The notes beneath the pieces were generated by a model. It saw only the letters and a list, made by a program, of their open reading frames with translations, had not been told where the DNA came from and ran no database searches. Source: an uncultured Bacilli bacterium (lineage in GTDB: Bacteria; Bacillota_I; Bacilli_A; RF39; UBA660). From it: DNA of 25,358 bases. Shown here in pieces: positions 17,581 through 25,358 of the stretch. The stretch spans positions 1-25,358 of the forward strand of contig CANROL010000001.1 of the NCBI GenBank assembly GCA_947632255.1, read 5' to 3'. Position 1 is the first letter of the stretch, and every line of letters starts with the position of its first letter. Position numbers and translations under genes: made by a program.

Positions 17581-18477
17581 TTAACTTATTTTTCTAAATT
17601 TAGCTACAAAAAATCCTTCATATTCCCAACTAGGCAAAACGGTTATTACTTCATTAAATTTCGATGGCAACTTATTAATATCACTGAAGTAATTACTAAT
17701 ATCCAGCAATTCTACTCTATTTGTTGCTAATAACTTATTAACTATTTCTTCATTTTCTCTTTTTAAAATAGAACAAGTAGAATAAACTAAAATACCACCT
17801 ACTTTTAATAAATCTAAAGTTTTCATAATTAAATCACTTTGTATTTTATTAACATTATTAATTAATTCCCTATTAAAATTATCATCTATTTTATCACCTT
17901 TAATATTTAAAGTACCAGCCCCACTGCAAGGTGCATCAAGTAATATTTTATCAAAACTAAAATTATTATCTAAAAACCTAGCATCTTTATTTAATATTAC
18001 ACATTTTTTAACACCTAATTTATTTAAATTATATTGTAATCTCTCATATCTTATTTTATTTTTTTCTACAGCAGTTATTATTGCTTTATTATTAGTAAGT
18101 GAGGCAATTTCACTAGTTTTTCCACCAGGAGCCGCGGTCATATCTAATATATTTTCCCCCTCTTTAGGATCTAAAACAAGCACAGGTAACATTGATGATA
18201 AACTTTGTAAATATATCTTTCCTTCTCGATATATCTCTAATTTTCGCAAATCTTCTTCTGTTTTATTTAATATTATTAAAGCATCATCATACCAAGAAAT
18301 ATCGTTATATTTAACATTTTCTTTATCTAAAATATTTAATATCTCTTCTTTAGTAGTTTTAAGAGTATTTATTCTAATACTTACAACTCTTTTAGATTTT
18401 AAACCATCTATAATTAACTCTACATCTTTATCATTATAATCTTCTTTTAATAATGTTTTAAATTCATTAATATCCAT
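17581..18477 (-). CDS. RsmB/NOP family RNA m5C methyltransferase, core domain only (start taken at ATG 18477)
   Basis: IYLQSLSS, LDMTAAPGGKT, DAPCSG, YSTCS, EGFFVA; AAGGTGG RBS. Confidence 0.9.
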   Translation of the reverse strand: MDINEFKTLLKEDYNDKDVELIIDGLKSKRVVSIRINTLKTTKEEILNILDKENVKYNDISWYDDALIILNKTEEDLRKLEIYREGKIYLQSLSSMLPVLVLDPKEGENILDMTAAPGGKTSEIASLTNNKAIITAVEKNKIRYERLQYNLNKLGVKKCVILNKDARFLDNNFSFDKILLDAPCSGAGTLNIKGDKIDDNFNRELINNVNKIQSDLIMKTLDLLKVGGILVYSTCSILKRENEEIVNKLLATNRVELLDISNYFSDINKLPSKFNEVITVLPSWEYEGFFVAKFRKIS

Positions 18478-18512
18478 TCCTACCACCTTAAAGAAAAAGA
18501 CTTTATTCAAGT

Positions 18513-19124
18513 CTATTCTATATATTTTATTACTACTCTTCTATTAGGCTCTTCCCCAGTACTTTCTGTTTTAATGTTTTTATAATTAGAAAGAACATTA
18601 TGAACAATTCTTCTTTCATAAGAATTCATTGGATCCATTTCCACATCAACCTTAGTATTTCTTACTTCGCGAGCTAAATTTTTAGCTAATCTTTCTAATC
18701 TACTTATTTGTCTATCTTTATAATCTTCAACATCCAAAACAATTTTAGGTCCATCATTGGGGGCAATATTTTTAATAAATTGTCTAGTTAAAACTGTTAA
18801 AGCTTCCAAGTTTTGACCATTTTTACCAATTAAAATTGGATTATTATTAGAAAACATTTTAAACGTTGTTGTATCTTCTACTGTTGTAACTTCTATATTA
18901 ACTTGTAAATTCATCCCATTTACTATTGTTTTTAAAAATTCTTCAACAGCACTAATAATATCAACTTTTAAAAATCCTGAACATTCATAAGTTGTTCCTT
19001 TAAATAAACCTCCTTTTGTCTCTTCAAAAGAATATACTACTTCTTCTAAACTGGCATTTAATTTAGCTAGTACTTTATTTAAAGCATCATCTTTTGTTTT
19101 TGCTACTTCTTTTACTACATTCAT
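18513..19124 (-). CDS. jag: RNA-binding protein Jag/KhpB/EloR
   Basis: Jag_N; KH (LIGKNGQNLEAL); R3H (PMNSYERRIVH); located after yidC. Confidence 0.93.
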   Translation of the reverse strand: MNVVKEVAKTKDDALNKVLAKLNASLEEVVYSFEETKGGLFKGTTYECSGFLKVDIISAVEEFLKTIVNGMNLQVNIEVTTVEDTTTFKMFSNNNPILIGKNGQNLEALTVLTRQFIKNIAPNDGPKIVLDVEDYKDRQISRLERLAKNLAREVRNTKVDVEMDPMNSYERRIVHNVLSNYKNIKTESTGEEPNRRVVIKYIE

Positions 19125-19141
19125 TTCTACTACCTCATTTC

Positions 19142-20134
19142 TTATTTATTTTTAACCTTTTTAGGTTTTATAACCACTGGTTTATTCTTTTCCTTATCAT
19201 CTAACTTTTTAAAGACAAAGTTTTGAATTACTACAAAAGCATTCGTCGCAATCCAGTATAAAGCTATTGCTGTTGATAAATATAGTGATGCTACTGAAAT
19301 CATAATAATCATAAACTTAAACATAAATGACATTTGTTTAGCCATATCATCATTACCTACATTATTATTGTTTCCCATCGCATTTTTAAATGATAAATAA
19401 GTTGTTAAAATAGTAAGTAAAATAATTACAATATATAACCATTCATGATATTCTAATAAACCAACAATTGGGGTTTTACCTAATGTTAATCCTAAAAACT
19501 TATCCTCGAATATCGCCGGTGTTCTATTTATTGCTTGTAAGAAAGCAAAGAACAAAGGTAATTGAATGAAAGCGAGTAAACAACTTCCAAAAGGACTGAT
19601 ATTATATTTTTTATAGACCATCATCATTTCTTGAGATTTAGCAAGCATCGCTTCATTATCCGTTTTATTCGCGTATTTCTTTTCAATTCTCGCTAACTCT
19701 GGTTGAGCTTTTTGCATATTACTTGATTGTTTCATAGTCTTACGAGATATAGGCATTAATATTAATCTAATAGCTAAACCTATAATTATAACCGAAAGGC
19801 CAAAACTATTAATTAAATATCCTAACTTTAATATTATATAAGCAAGTGGCTTAACAAATAGTCCTTCCCAAATACCTTTAGCTTTATTACTAGATAATTT
19901 AAATTCGGAACATTTAGGCAATTTATCATACTTAATTTTTGTTTGATCTTTATATTTTTCATATAACTTATCTAATTCTTTATCTTCGGGCTTACACAAA
20001 ATATCTTTTTGTAATACTTGACCTGTTGCTTCATATTCTACTGGTTTTTTATTATCCATTATGTAGTTACTATTTCCACATGCCGTTAGAATTAAAATCA
20101 TTACTACTAAAATGCTAATCTTTATTTTTTTCAT
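19142..20134 (-). CDS. yidC: Membrane protein insertase YidC/SpoIIIJ (lipoprotein)
   Basis: LTAC lipobox, IRLILMP, QPELARI, GSCLLAFIQLP, LYWI. Confidence 0.93.
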   Translation of the reverse strand: MKKIKISILVVMILILTACGNSNYIMDNKKPVEYEATGQVLQKDILCKPEDKELDKLYEKYKDQTKIKYDKLPKCSEFKLSSNKAKGIWEGLFVKPLAYIILKLGYLINSFGLSVIIIGLAIRLILMPISRKTMKQSSNMQKAQPELARIEKKYANKTDNEAMLAKSQEMMMVYKKYNISPFGSCLLAFIQLPLFFAFLQAINRTPAIFEDKFLGLTLGKTPIVGLLEYHEWLYIVIILLTILTTYLSFKNAMGNNNNVGNDDMAKQMSFMFKFMIIMISVASLYLSTAIALYWIATNAFVVIQNFVFKKLDDKEKNKPVVIKPKKVKNK

Positions 20135-20459
20135 TGTTTCCTCTTTCTAAAGATTTAATTAATTCATCTTCCATTACTTCGTATGATAAACTAATAATAT
20201 CTCTCTTAACCATTATAATATAATTATAAGTATTTTTAAACATTTTTTTATGATTATCAATAATCATTCTAAGTCTTCTTTTAATTTTATTTTTCTCAAC
20301 AGCATTCCCACATTTTTTACTAACTGCTAAACCAAACATAGGATACTTATTAAATCCATCCTTATAATATATATTATAATATTTAGATTTTATGTATTTA
20401 CCAGTTTTAATTATATCATTAAAATCATCATTTTTTTTAATAACCTCATACTTTTTCAC
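20115..20459 (-). CDS. rnpA: Ribonuclease P protein component
   Basis: GLAVSKKCGNAVEKNKIKRRLR motif; GTG start; synteny. Confidence 0.93.
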   Translation of the reverse strand: MKKYEVIKKNDDFNDIIKTGKYIKSKYYNIYYKDGFNKYPMFGLAVSKKCGNAVEKNKIKRRLRMIIDNHKKMFKNTYNYIIMVKRDIISLSYEVMEDELIKSLERGNNEKNKD

Positions 20460-20516
20460 ATTATCACATCCTAAAAATTCTTTTTAAGAAAAAAAAGTAC
20501 CACTATAAAAAAGTGG

Positions 20517-20639
20517 TTATCTAGCTAAAACTTTACGACCTTTCTTACGTCTATTATTTAAGACATTAGATTCTTTACGAGCAAAAAATCCATGCTTTTT
20601 AGCTTTCTTACGATTATTTGGTTGATATGTTCTCTTCAT
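20517..20639 (-). CDS. rpmH: 50S ribosomal protein bL34 (not in the ORF track)
   Basis: [40 protein letters not shown]; GGAGG RBS. Confidence 0.95.
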   Translation of the reverse strand: MKRTYQPNNRKKAKKHGFFARKESNVLNNRRKKGRKVLAR

Positions 20640-20674
20640 AACATCCACCTCCCTTAAAAATTTCAAGTAGTTTC

Positions 20675-20703
20675 ATTATAATATTTTCTTAGGCTTTAGT
20701 CAA
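20675..20703 (-). promoter_or_regulatory. Sigma-A promoter of the rpmH-rnpA-yidC-jag operon
   Basis: TTGACT-17 nt-TATAAT. Confidence 0.85.
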
Positions 20704-20744
20704 GAATTTTTAAGTTAAAATTTGAGTTTAGGATATTAAATAAT

Positions 20745-21536
20745 TTATTTATTATCTTTTTTTACTTTTAAAACTCTAGCTTTTAACAACGGCTTATCTA
20801 AATTAGCATAATATTTTAATACTTCTTCTGTTTTAGCAGGTTCATATTTAAATTTTTCTAAATACCTTGCAATAACTTCACTATCTCCTAATAATCCATA
20901 TTGTTCATTAATATATTTTTTATCAATCTTGATTAATCCAACTAAATATATGAAATTCCATAATTTAAGTTTAAGTCCCATATTTCCTTTATAATATTCA
21001 TCTTTTTCCATAAAGGTATTAATTTCATTAAAATTATTTACACCCGGTAAATTATTATTTATAACATAAATCATCTTACATAAAGTATCCATTCCTTTAT
21101 AATCAAGTTTTAATTTTCTAAACATAGGAATAATTATTTTTAATTTATTAATTTCCGAAGCTTCAAAATAACCTATAAGAAAATAATCTAAATATTTTTC
21201 AAATGTTGGAACATCATTAATTTTTCTAATTAATTTAGAAAGAGATTTTCCAAATTCTAAATTAAATTGTTGAACAACTTCTTTCTTTTTTTCTAAATTA
21301 TCTAAATCCATATCAAGTGACAATGAATATGGAATATGAAAATCAAATATAAAAAAGCGTTTTTTTCCACCACAATTAAATTGTTGTAAAAAATAAATGG
21401 CATCTTGCATTTTTCTCTTTCTTATTAAAGATAATTGTCCTAAATTAATACTTTCATTATCATCTAAATCATATGCCTCTCCATATAATAGTCTATACAA
21501 ATTTAGCATAGTCTTTTCATCAAAATTTAAATCCAT
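20745..21536 (-). CDS. Hypothetical protein with a YwgA/Panacea(DUF4065)-like N-terminal motif (start taken at ATG 21536)
   Basis: RKRKMQDAIYFLQQF...FDFHIPYSLSLDMDLDNL; AGGAG 9 nt before the ATG; TTGCTT-16-TATAAT at 21558-21585. Confidence 0.55.
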   Translation of the reverse strand: MDLNFDEKTMLNLYRLLYGEAYDLDDNESINLGQLSLIRKRKMQDAIYFLQQFNCGGKKRFFIFDFHIPYSLSLDMDLDNLEKKKEVVQQFNLEFGKSLSKLIRKINDVPTFEKYLDYFLIGYFEASEINKLKIIIPMFRKLKLDYKGMDTLCKMIYVINNNLPGVNNFNEINTFMEKDEYYKGNMGLKLKLWNFIYLVGLIKIDKKYINEQYGLLGDSEVIARYLEKFKYEPAKTEEVLKYYANLDKPLLKARVLKVKKDNK

Positions 21537-21610
21537 CAAAACCAACTCCTAAGTTATATTATACTTAAAAAAATTAATAAAGCAATACATAAAATATAAA
21601 TTGTTAGTAA

Positions 21611-21952
21611 TGTGGATAATTTTTTTCATAAACAAGTTATTAACAAATAAACATTTAAACAAACTCATCCAAGCATATCTTATCAACACGTTTTTTCTTT
21701 ACAATTGTTTATAATTAACTACTTACTAACATTTTACAAAATTCGACAAATCTCGGTATTATCTAACAAAACAAGGCAATAATAAACATTTATTAACATT
21801 TTTAACAATAACTATCAAATATTAACATTGTTAATTGTTTATTAAAATCTAATTCTTAAAGTTGATATGTTTATAACCTTAATTATTGCCCTAAAAACCT
21901 ACCCAAAATAGTGTTTATAACATGTTAATAAACTTTTTTATTTTTTTTAACA
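21611..21952. other. oriC, DnaA-box cluster upstream of dnaA
   Basis: TGTGGATAA 21611; TTATTAACA 21637, 21790; TGTTAATAA 21923; TTATCAACA 21680; TGTTTATAA 21706, 21868, 21912; further degenerate boxes. Confidence 0.85.
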
Positions 21953-22025
21953 TAAAGTCTTTTCTTTTTTATTTTTTTGCATTATAATTAGTCTATAAAC
22001 GGTATAGACTGCGGGGTGAAGGTTT

Positions 22026-23375
22026 TTGGGTAAAGATGAATTACTAGCATCTTTCTTAACCAATATTGCTAAAGAAATAAGTCCAACATCATTTACAGCC
22101 TGGTTTAACAATTTAAAAATTGTTTCTTTAACTAATGATTCCATAATATTTGAAGTTCCCATGGAAATTCACAAAAAAATGCTCGGGGACAATTATTATG
22201 CGATGATTGAGAAAGTACTAAAAAATATAACTAATATAGATTATGATATTGATTTTGTTTTAGAAAATGAAATTGATATACCCGAACAAGTTGTTACTAA
22301 TCCTATTATTTCTAATAACGATTTTAATACTAATCTTAATCCTAATTTAAACTTTGATAATTTCGTAGTTGGGGATACTAACCGCCTAGCTAAAGTAGCC
22401 GCGATGGCTGTCGCGGAATCCCCTGGTCGTATTCATAATCCTTTATTTATATATGGCAAAAGTGGTCTTGGCAAAACGCATTTAATGCACGCGATTGGAA
22501 ATTATATTGTTGCTAATTCTAATCGAAAAGTCTTGTATTGTACCTGTGATGAATTTATGACAGAATATACCAACATAGCTAATCCCGATAATGCAAAAAA
22601 TTCAATAGAATACGCCACCGAATTTAAAAATAAATATCGTAACATTGATGTTTTAATAATTGATGATATTCAGTATTTAGTGGGTGCCGAAAAAACGCAG
22701 CAAGAATTCTTTAATACTTTCAATTATCTTCATCAATCAAATAAACAAATAATTATAAGTAGTGACCGTTCCCCAGATGATTTAAAAATTTTAGAGGAGC
22801 GCTTACGATCAAGATTTATGTGGGGCCTTCCGGTTGATATATACCCACCTGATTTTGACTTAAGATGTCGAATTATCAGGAAAAAAATCGAAAATTCGAG
22901 TATTGCCAACTTAATCACGGATGAAAGTATTGAATATATTGCTAATTCTTGTCAAAACGATATTCGTTTTCTAGAAGGTGCCGTAAATCGACTTATGGCA
23001 TATACAGCCATGATAGTTCCTAAAAGTATTGATTTAGAATTTACCTGTGAAGCTTTAAAAGATTTTGTTAATAAAAACATTTATTCTAACAATAATATCA
23101 CCAAAATTCAAAAAGCTGTCGCAGATCATTATAATATAACAATTGATGATTTAAAAGGTAAAAAAAGAAGTAATAAAGTTGCTCATCCTCGTCAGCTAGC
23201 TATGTACTTATGCCGACTTGAAACTGATGAAACATACCCAAGAATTGGCTTAGAATTTGGAGGAAGAGACCACTCAACAGTAATATTTGCCTGTGATAAA
23301 ATAGAAAAAGAATTAGAAACCGACACCAATGGCGAATTAGAAAGGACTATAAAAGAAATAAAAGCTAAATTGTAG
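22026..23375 (+). CDS. dnaA: Chromosomal replication initiator DnaA (TTG start)
   Basis: NPLFIYGKSGLGKTHL, IIDDIQ, RLRSRF, RDHSTV; GGGGTG RBS. Confidence 0.98.
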   Translation: MGKDELLASFLTNIAKEISPTSFTAWFNNLKIVSLTNDSIIFEVPMEIHKKMLGDNYYAMIEKVLKNITNIDYDIDFVLENEIDIPEQVVTNPIISNNDFNTNLNPNLNFDNFVVGDTNRLAKVAAMAVAESPGRIHNPLFIYGKSGLGKTHLMHAIGNYIVANSNRKVLYCTCDEFMTEYTNIANPDNAKNSIEYATEFKNKYRNIDVLIIDDIQYLVGAEKTQQEFFNTFNYLHQSNKQIIISSDRSPDDLKILEERLRSRFMWGLPVDIYPPDFDLRCRIIRKKIENSSIANLITDESIEYIANSCQNDIRFLEGAVNRLMAYTAMIVPKSIDLEFTCEALKDFVNKNIYSNNNITKIQKAVADHYNITIDDLKGKKRSNKVAHPRQLAMYLCRLETDETYPRIGLEFGGRDHSTVIFACDKIEKELETDTNGELERTIKEIKAKL

Positions 23376-23502
23376 ATAACTATTTAAAAAAGTGTGCATA
23401 ACTAATCATTTATTAACAATAAAAATATTAAAATAACTCCTAAATAAAAGGAAAAAACAAGTTGCTAACATTATTAACAGTATTATAAATAATATAATAA
23501 AT
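23371..23502. other. oriC, dnaA-dnaN cluster with AT-rich unwinding region
   Basis: TGTAGATAA 23371, TGTGCATAA 23393, TTATTAACA 23410 and 23471, TTGCTAACA 23462, then an all-A/T run from 23481. Confidence 0.8.
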
Positions 23503-23520
23503 TAGAAAGAAGGAATGTAT

Positions 23521-24639
23521 ATGAAATTCACAATCGAAAAAAATATAATATTAGAAGGCTTAAATAATGTAATAAGAGCTATCTCAACTAAAAATGTTAT
23601 ACCTGTTTTAAATGGTATTAAATTTAAACTTAAAAATGAAGGTTTATTCTTAACCGCTAGTGATTCAGAACTTACTATTAAAGTATTAATTGAATCTAAA
23701 GAAATAAAACAAATAAATAATCTAGGTGGTATCATAATTCAAAGTAAATATATTCTTGATATAGTTCGTAAAATGCCTAGTGATTTAATTAATTTTGAAG
23801 TAATAGATGGAGTTAAAGTAAAAATTTATACTGATAATAGTCAATATAATTTAAATTGTTTAGATATAAATGATTATCCCGATGTTAAATTAGAAGAAAA
23901 TAAAGATCCAATAGTTATTTCTGGTGATATTTTAAAGGCTATAATTAATGAAACATCTTTTGCTATATCTACCCAAGAATTACGTCCAATTTTAACTGGT
24001 GTCAAATTTAACTTTGTCAAAGATACACTTGAAGTCGTTGCTACAGACTCATACCGTCTAGCTCAAAAAAATATTAAACTAGCCCAAGCTGTTGAAAAAG
24101 ATTTTGAAATAGTTATCCCTGGTCGCAATATTATGGAATTAGAAAGAATTATTACTGATGAAGATCCCGTTGAAATTCACATCTTTAATAATAAAGTTCT
24201 ATTTAAATATAAAAATATTAATTTTCAAACTAATTTATTAAGTGGTACATATCCTAATACTTCTAATTTAATACCTAGTGAATTTGCCTATATAATTAAA
24301 GTTAATAAAAAAGATTTTAATGATGCCATCGATAGAGCGGCTCTTCTTACAGTTGGCAAAGATAAAAATATTGTTAAAATGTTACTTGATAATACTAAAA
24401 TGTTAATTAGTTCTTATGCTTCAGAATTAGGCAAAACTGAAGAACAATTAACAGTAGAAACCAACAATAAAGAAAAATTAGAAATATCTTTTTCTGCTAA
24501 ATATATGTTAGAAGCTATTAAAACTTTAAATGAAGATGAAATATTACTTCTCTTAAATAGTGATATTAAACCTTTAATAATCAAATCTTTAACTGATGAA
24601 TCTCTAATTCAACTAATTTTACCAATAAAAACTTATTAA
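23521..24639 (+). CDS. dnaN: DNA polymerase III beta clamp (start taken at ATG 23521)
   Basis: IPVLNGI, LTASDSE, VATDSYRLA, GTYP, LILPIKTY. Confidence 0.97.
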   Translation: MKFTIEKNIILEGLNNVIRAISTKNVIPVLNGIKFKLKNEGLFLTASDSELTIKVLIESKEIKQINNLGGIIIQSKYILDIVRKMPSDLINFEVIDGVKVKIYTDNSQYNLNCLDINDYPDVKLEENKDPIVISGDILKAIINETSFAISTQELRPILTGVKFNFVKDTLEVVATDSYRLAQKNIKLAQAVEKDFEIVIPGRNIMELERIITDEDPVEIHIFNNKVLFKYKNINFQTNLLSGTYPNTSNLIPSEFAYIIKVNKKDFNDAIDRAALLTVGKDKNIVKMLLDNTKMLISSYASELGKTEEQLTVETNNKEKLEISFSAKYMLEAIKTLNEDEILLLLNSDIKPLIIKSLTDESLIQLILPIKTY

Positions 24640-24659
24640 AATTGTTAGTAAACCTTTAA

Positions 24660-24745
24660 TTATTCACAAAAAAATAAAAAAAATTACAAAAATTTAATAG
24701 TTTTTCCACAATTCGACAAATTTCGCCCTCTTTTTATGTTATAAA
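24660..24745 (+). promoter_or_regulatory. comK upstream region with two DnaA boxes, a Spo0A-box-like site and an extended -10
   Basis: TTATTCACA 24660, TTTTCCACA 24702, TTCGACA 24712, TGnTATAAA 24737-24745; AAGGGGG RBS. Confidence 0.55.
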
Positions 24746-24775
24746 TAAGTTATTTCATGAAAGGGGGCAATCTTT

Positions 24776-25234
24776 ATGCCAGATAATAATTATATTATTA
24801 ATTCTAAAACTTGTGCTTTATTAGCAATTGGCAACGAAACAAAAATAATTGAAAAAAGTCGAACCTTAAATATTAATGCTGAAATAAGTTCTATTATATC
24901 AAGTAATTGTTACGCTAATTGTTCTACTTTAGAAGGTCGTCAAAAAGCTAGTGCATATCTTATAGGAACTAATTATAAACCACCAATTATTTTAAATGAA
25001 AAAACTGGGATAATCTTAATTCCAACTCATTCTAATCGTAATAAAAAATGTAATTGGTTAGTTTTAGCAAATATCTTAAATTATTATCCTGGACCTAACA
25101 AAATGGTTCAAGTAGAGTTTAATAATAATATGAAAATTGATGTTCCAATAAGTTATTCAATTTTTGATCGCCAAGTACTTCGTGCCACTCGTTTAGAATC
25201 AATTTTAAGAGGTCGAAAAAATCAAAAATTTTGA
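24776..25234 (+). CDS. comK: ComK-family competence transcription factor
   Basis: YIINSKTCAL, TKIIE, CSTLEGR, YKPPIIL, LIPTHS, CNW match the ComK family pattern. Confidence 0.8.
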   Translation: MPDNNYIINSKTCALLAIGNETKIIEKSRTLNINAEISSIISSNCYANCSTLEGRQKASAYLIGTNYKPPIILNEKTGIILIPTHSNRNKKCNWLVLANILNYYPGPNKMVQVEFNNNMKIDVPISYSIFDRQVLRATRLESILRGRKNQKF

Positions 25235-25273
25235 GTTTCCGTGTTTTGAAAGCACTGGAAATATATAAGTGCT

Positions 25274-25310
25274 AAACGCCACTTTTCAAATGATGAAAAG
25301 TGGCGTTTTT
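25274..25310 (+). terminator. Intrinsic terminator after comK
   Basis: Perfect 15-bp stem AAACGCCACTTTTCA/TGAAAAGTGGCGTTT, 5-nt loop, T-run. Confidence 0.85.
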
Positions 25311-25321
25311 AAGGCAAAAAA

Positions 25322-25350
25322 ATGAAAACACCCAATTGTTATAGTATAAT
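25322..25350 (+). promoter_or_regulatory. Possible sigma-A promoter for the next gene beyond the window
   Basis: ATGAAA-17 nt-TATAAT. Confidence 0.45.
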
Positions 25351-25358
25351 AAAATTAG

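Noticed and set aside
20489-20517. ACCACT/AGTGGT hairpin plus T-run after rpmH
   Set aside because: Only a 6-bp stem; at most a leaky attenuator, so not listed as a terminator.
21611-21952. Repeated 9-mers as a CRISPR or iteron array
   Set aside because: Short, irregularly spaced and in both orientations; explained as DnaA boxes.
21947-22162. 71-aa minus-strand ORF
   Set aside because: Antisense shadow of the dnaA 5' end and its promoter.
22733-22918. 61-aa minus-strand ORF
   Set aside because: Wholly antisense to dnaA.
23481-23502. DnaA-trio array
   Set aside because: AT-rich but lacks a regular trinucleotide repeat.
23502-23735. 77-aa minus-strand ORF
   Set aside because: Antisense to dnaN.
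25236-25261. Imperfect hairpin after comK as an ncRNA or REP
   Set aside because: Single copy, bulged, and next to a clear terminator.

Overview
Replication-origin region of a very AT-rich, genetic-code-11 Bacilli-like genome. comK ends in TGA and Trp is TGG, so this is not a code-4 mollicute; the gene style suggests an uncultured RF39/Erysipelotrichales-like lineage (inference). Core, left to right: htpG (sigma-A promoter plus CIRCE), ttcA-copA-hypothetical-SNF2/SWIM helicase, RsmB/NOP methyltransferase, jag-yidC-rnpA-rpmH (rpmH is absent from the ORF track), a YwgA/Panacea-like orphan, a split oriC rich in TTATTAACA-type DnaA boxes, dnaA, dnaN, then a comK-family gene where yaaA/recF/gyrB usually sit. 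The left 6.3 kb looks accessory. An Amidase_3 cell-wall hydrolase gene breaks off at its NAGGG motif inside an att-like imperfect inverted repeat. It is followed by a tightly packed 7-gene operon (HipA-like kinase, SWIM protein, pRiA4b ORF3 protein, two related uncharacterised proteins, UPF0158, hypothetical). This gene-interrupting element and its cargo are the best candidate for an undescribed system. All family assignments are by motif recognition; no database search was run.
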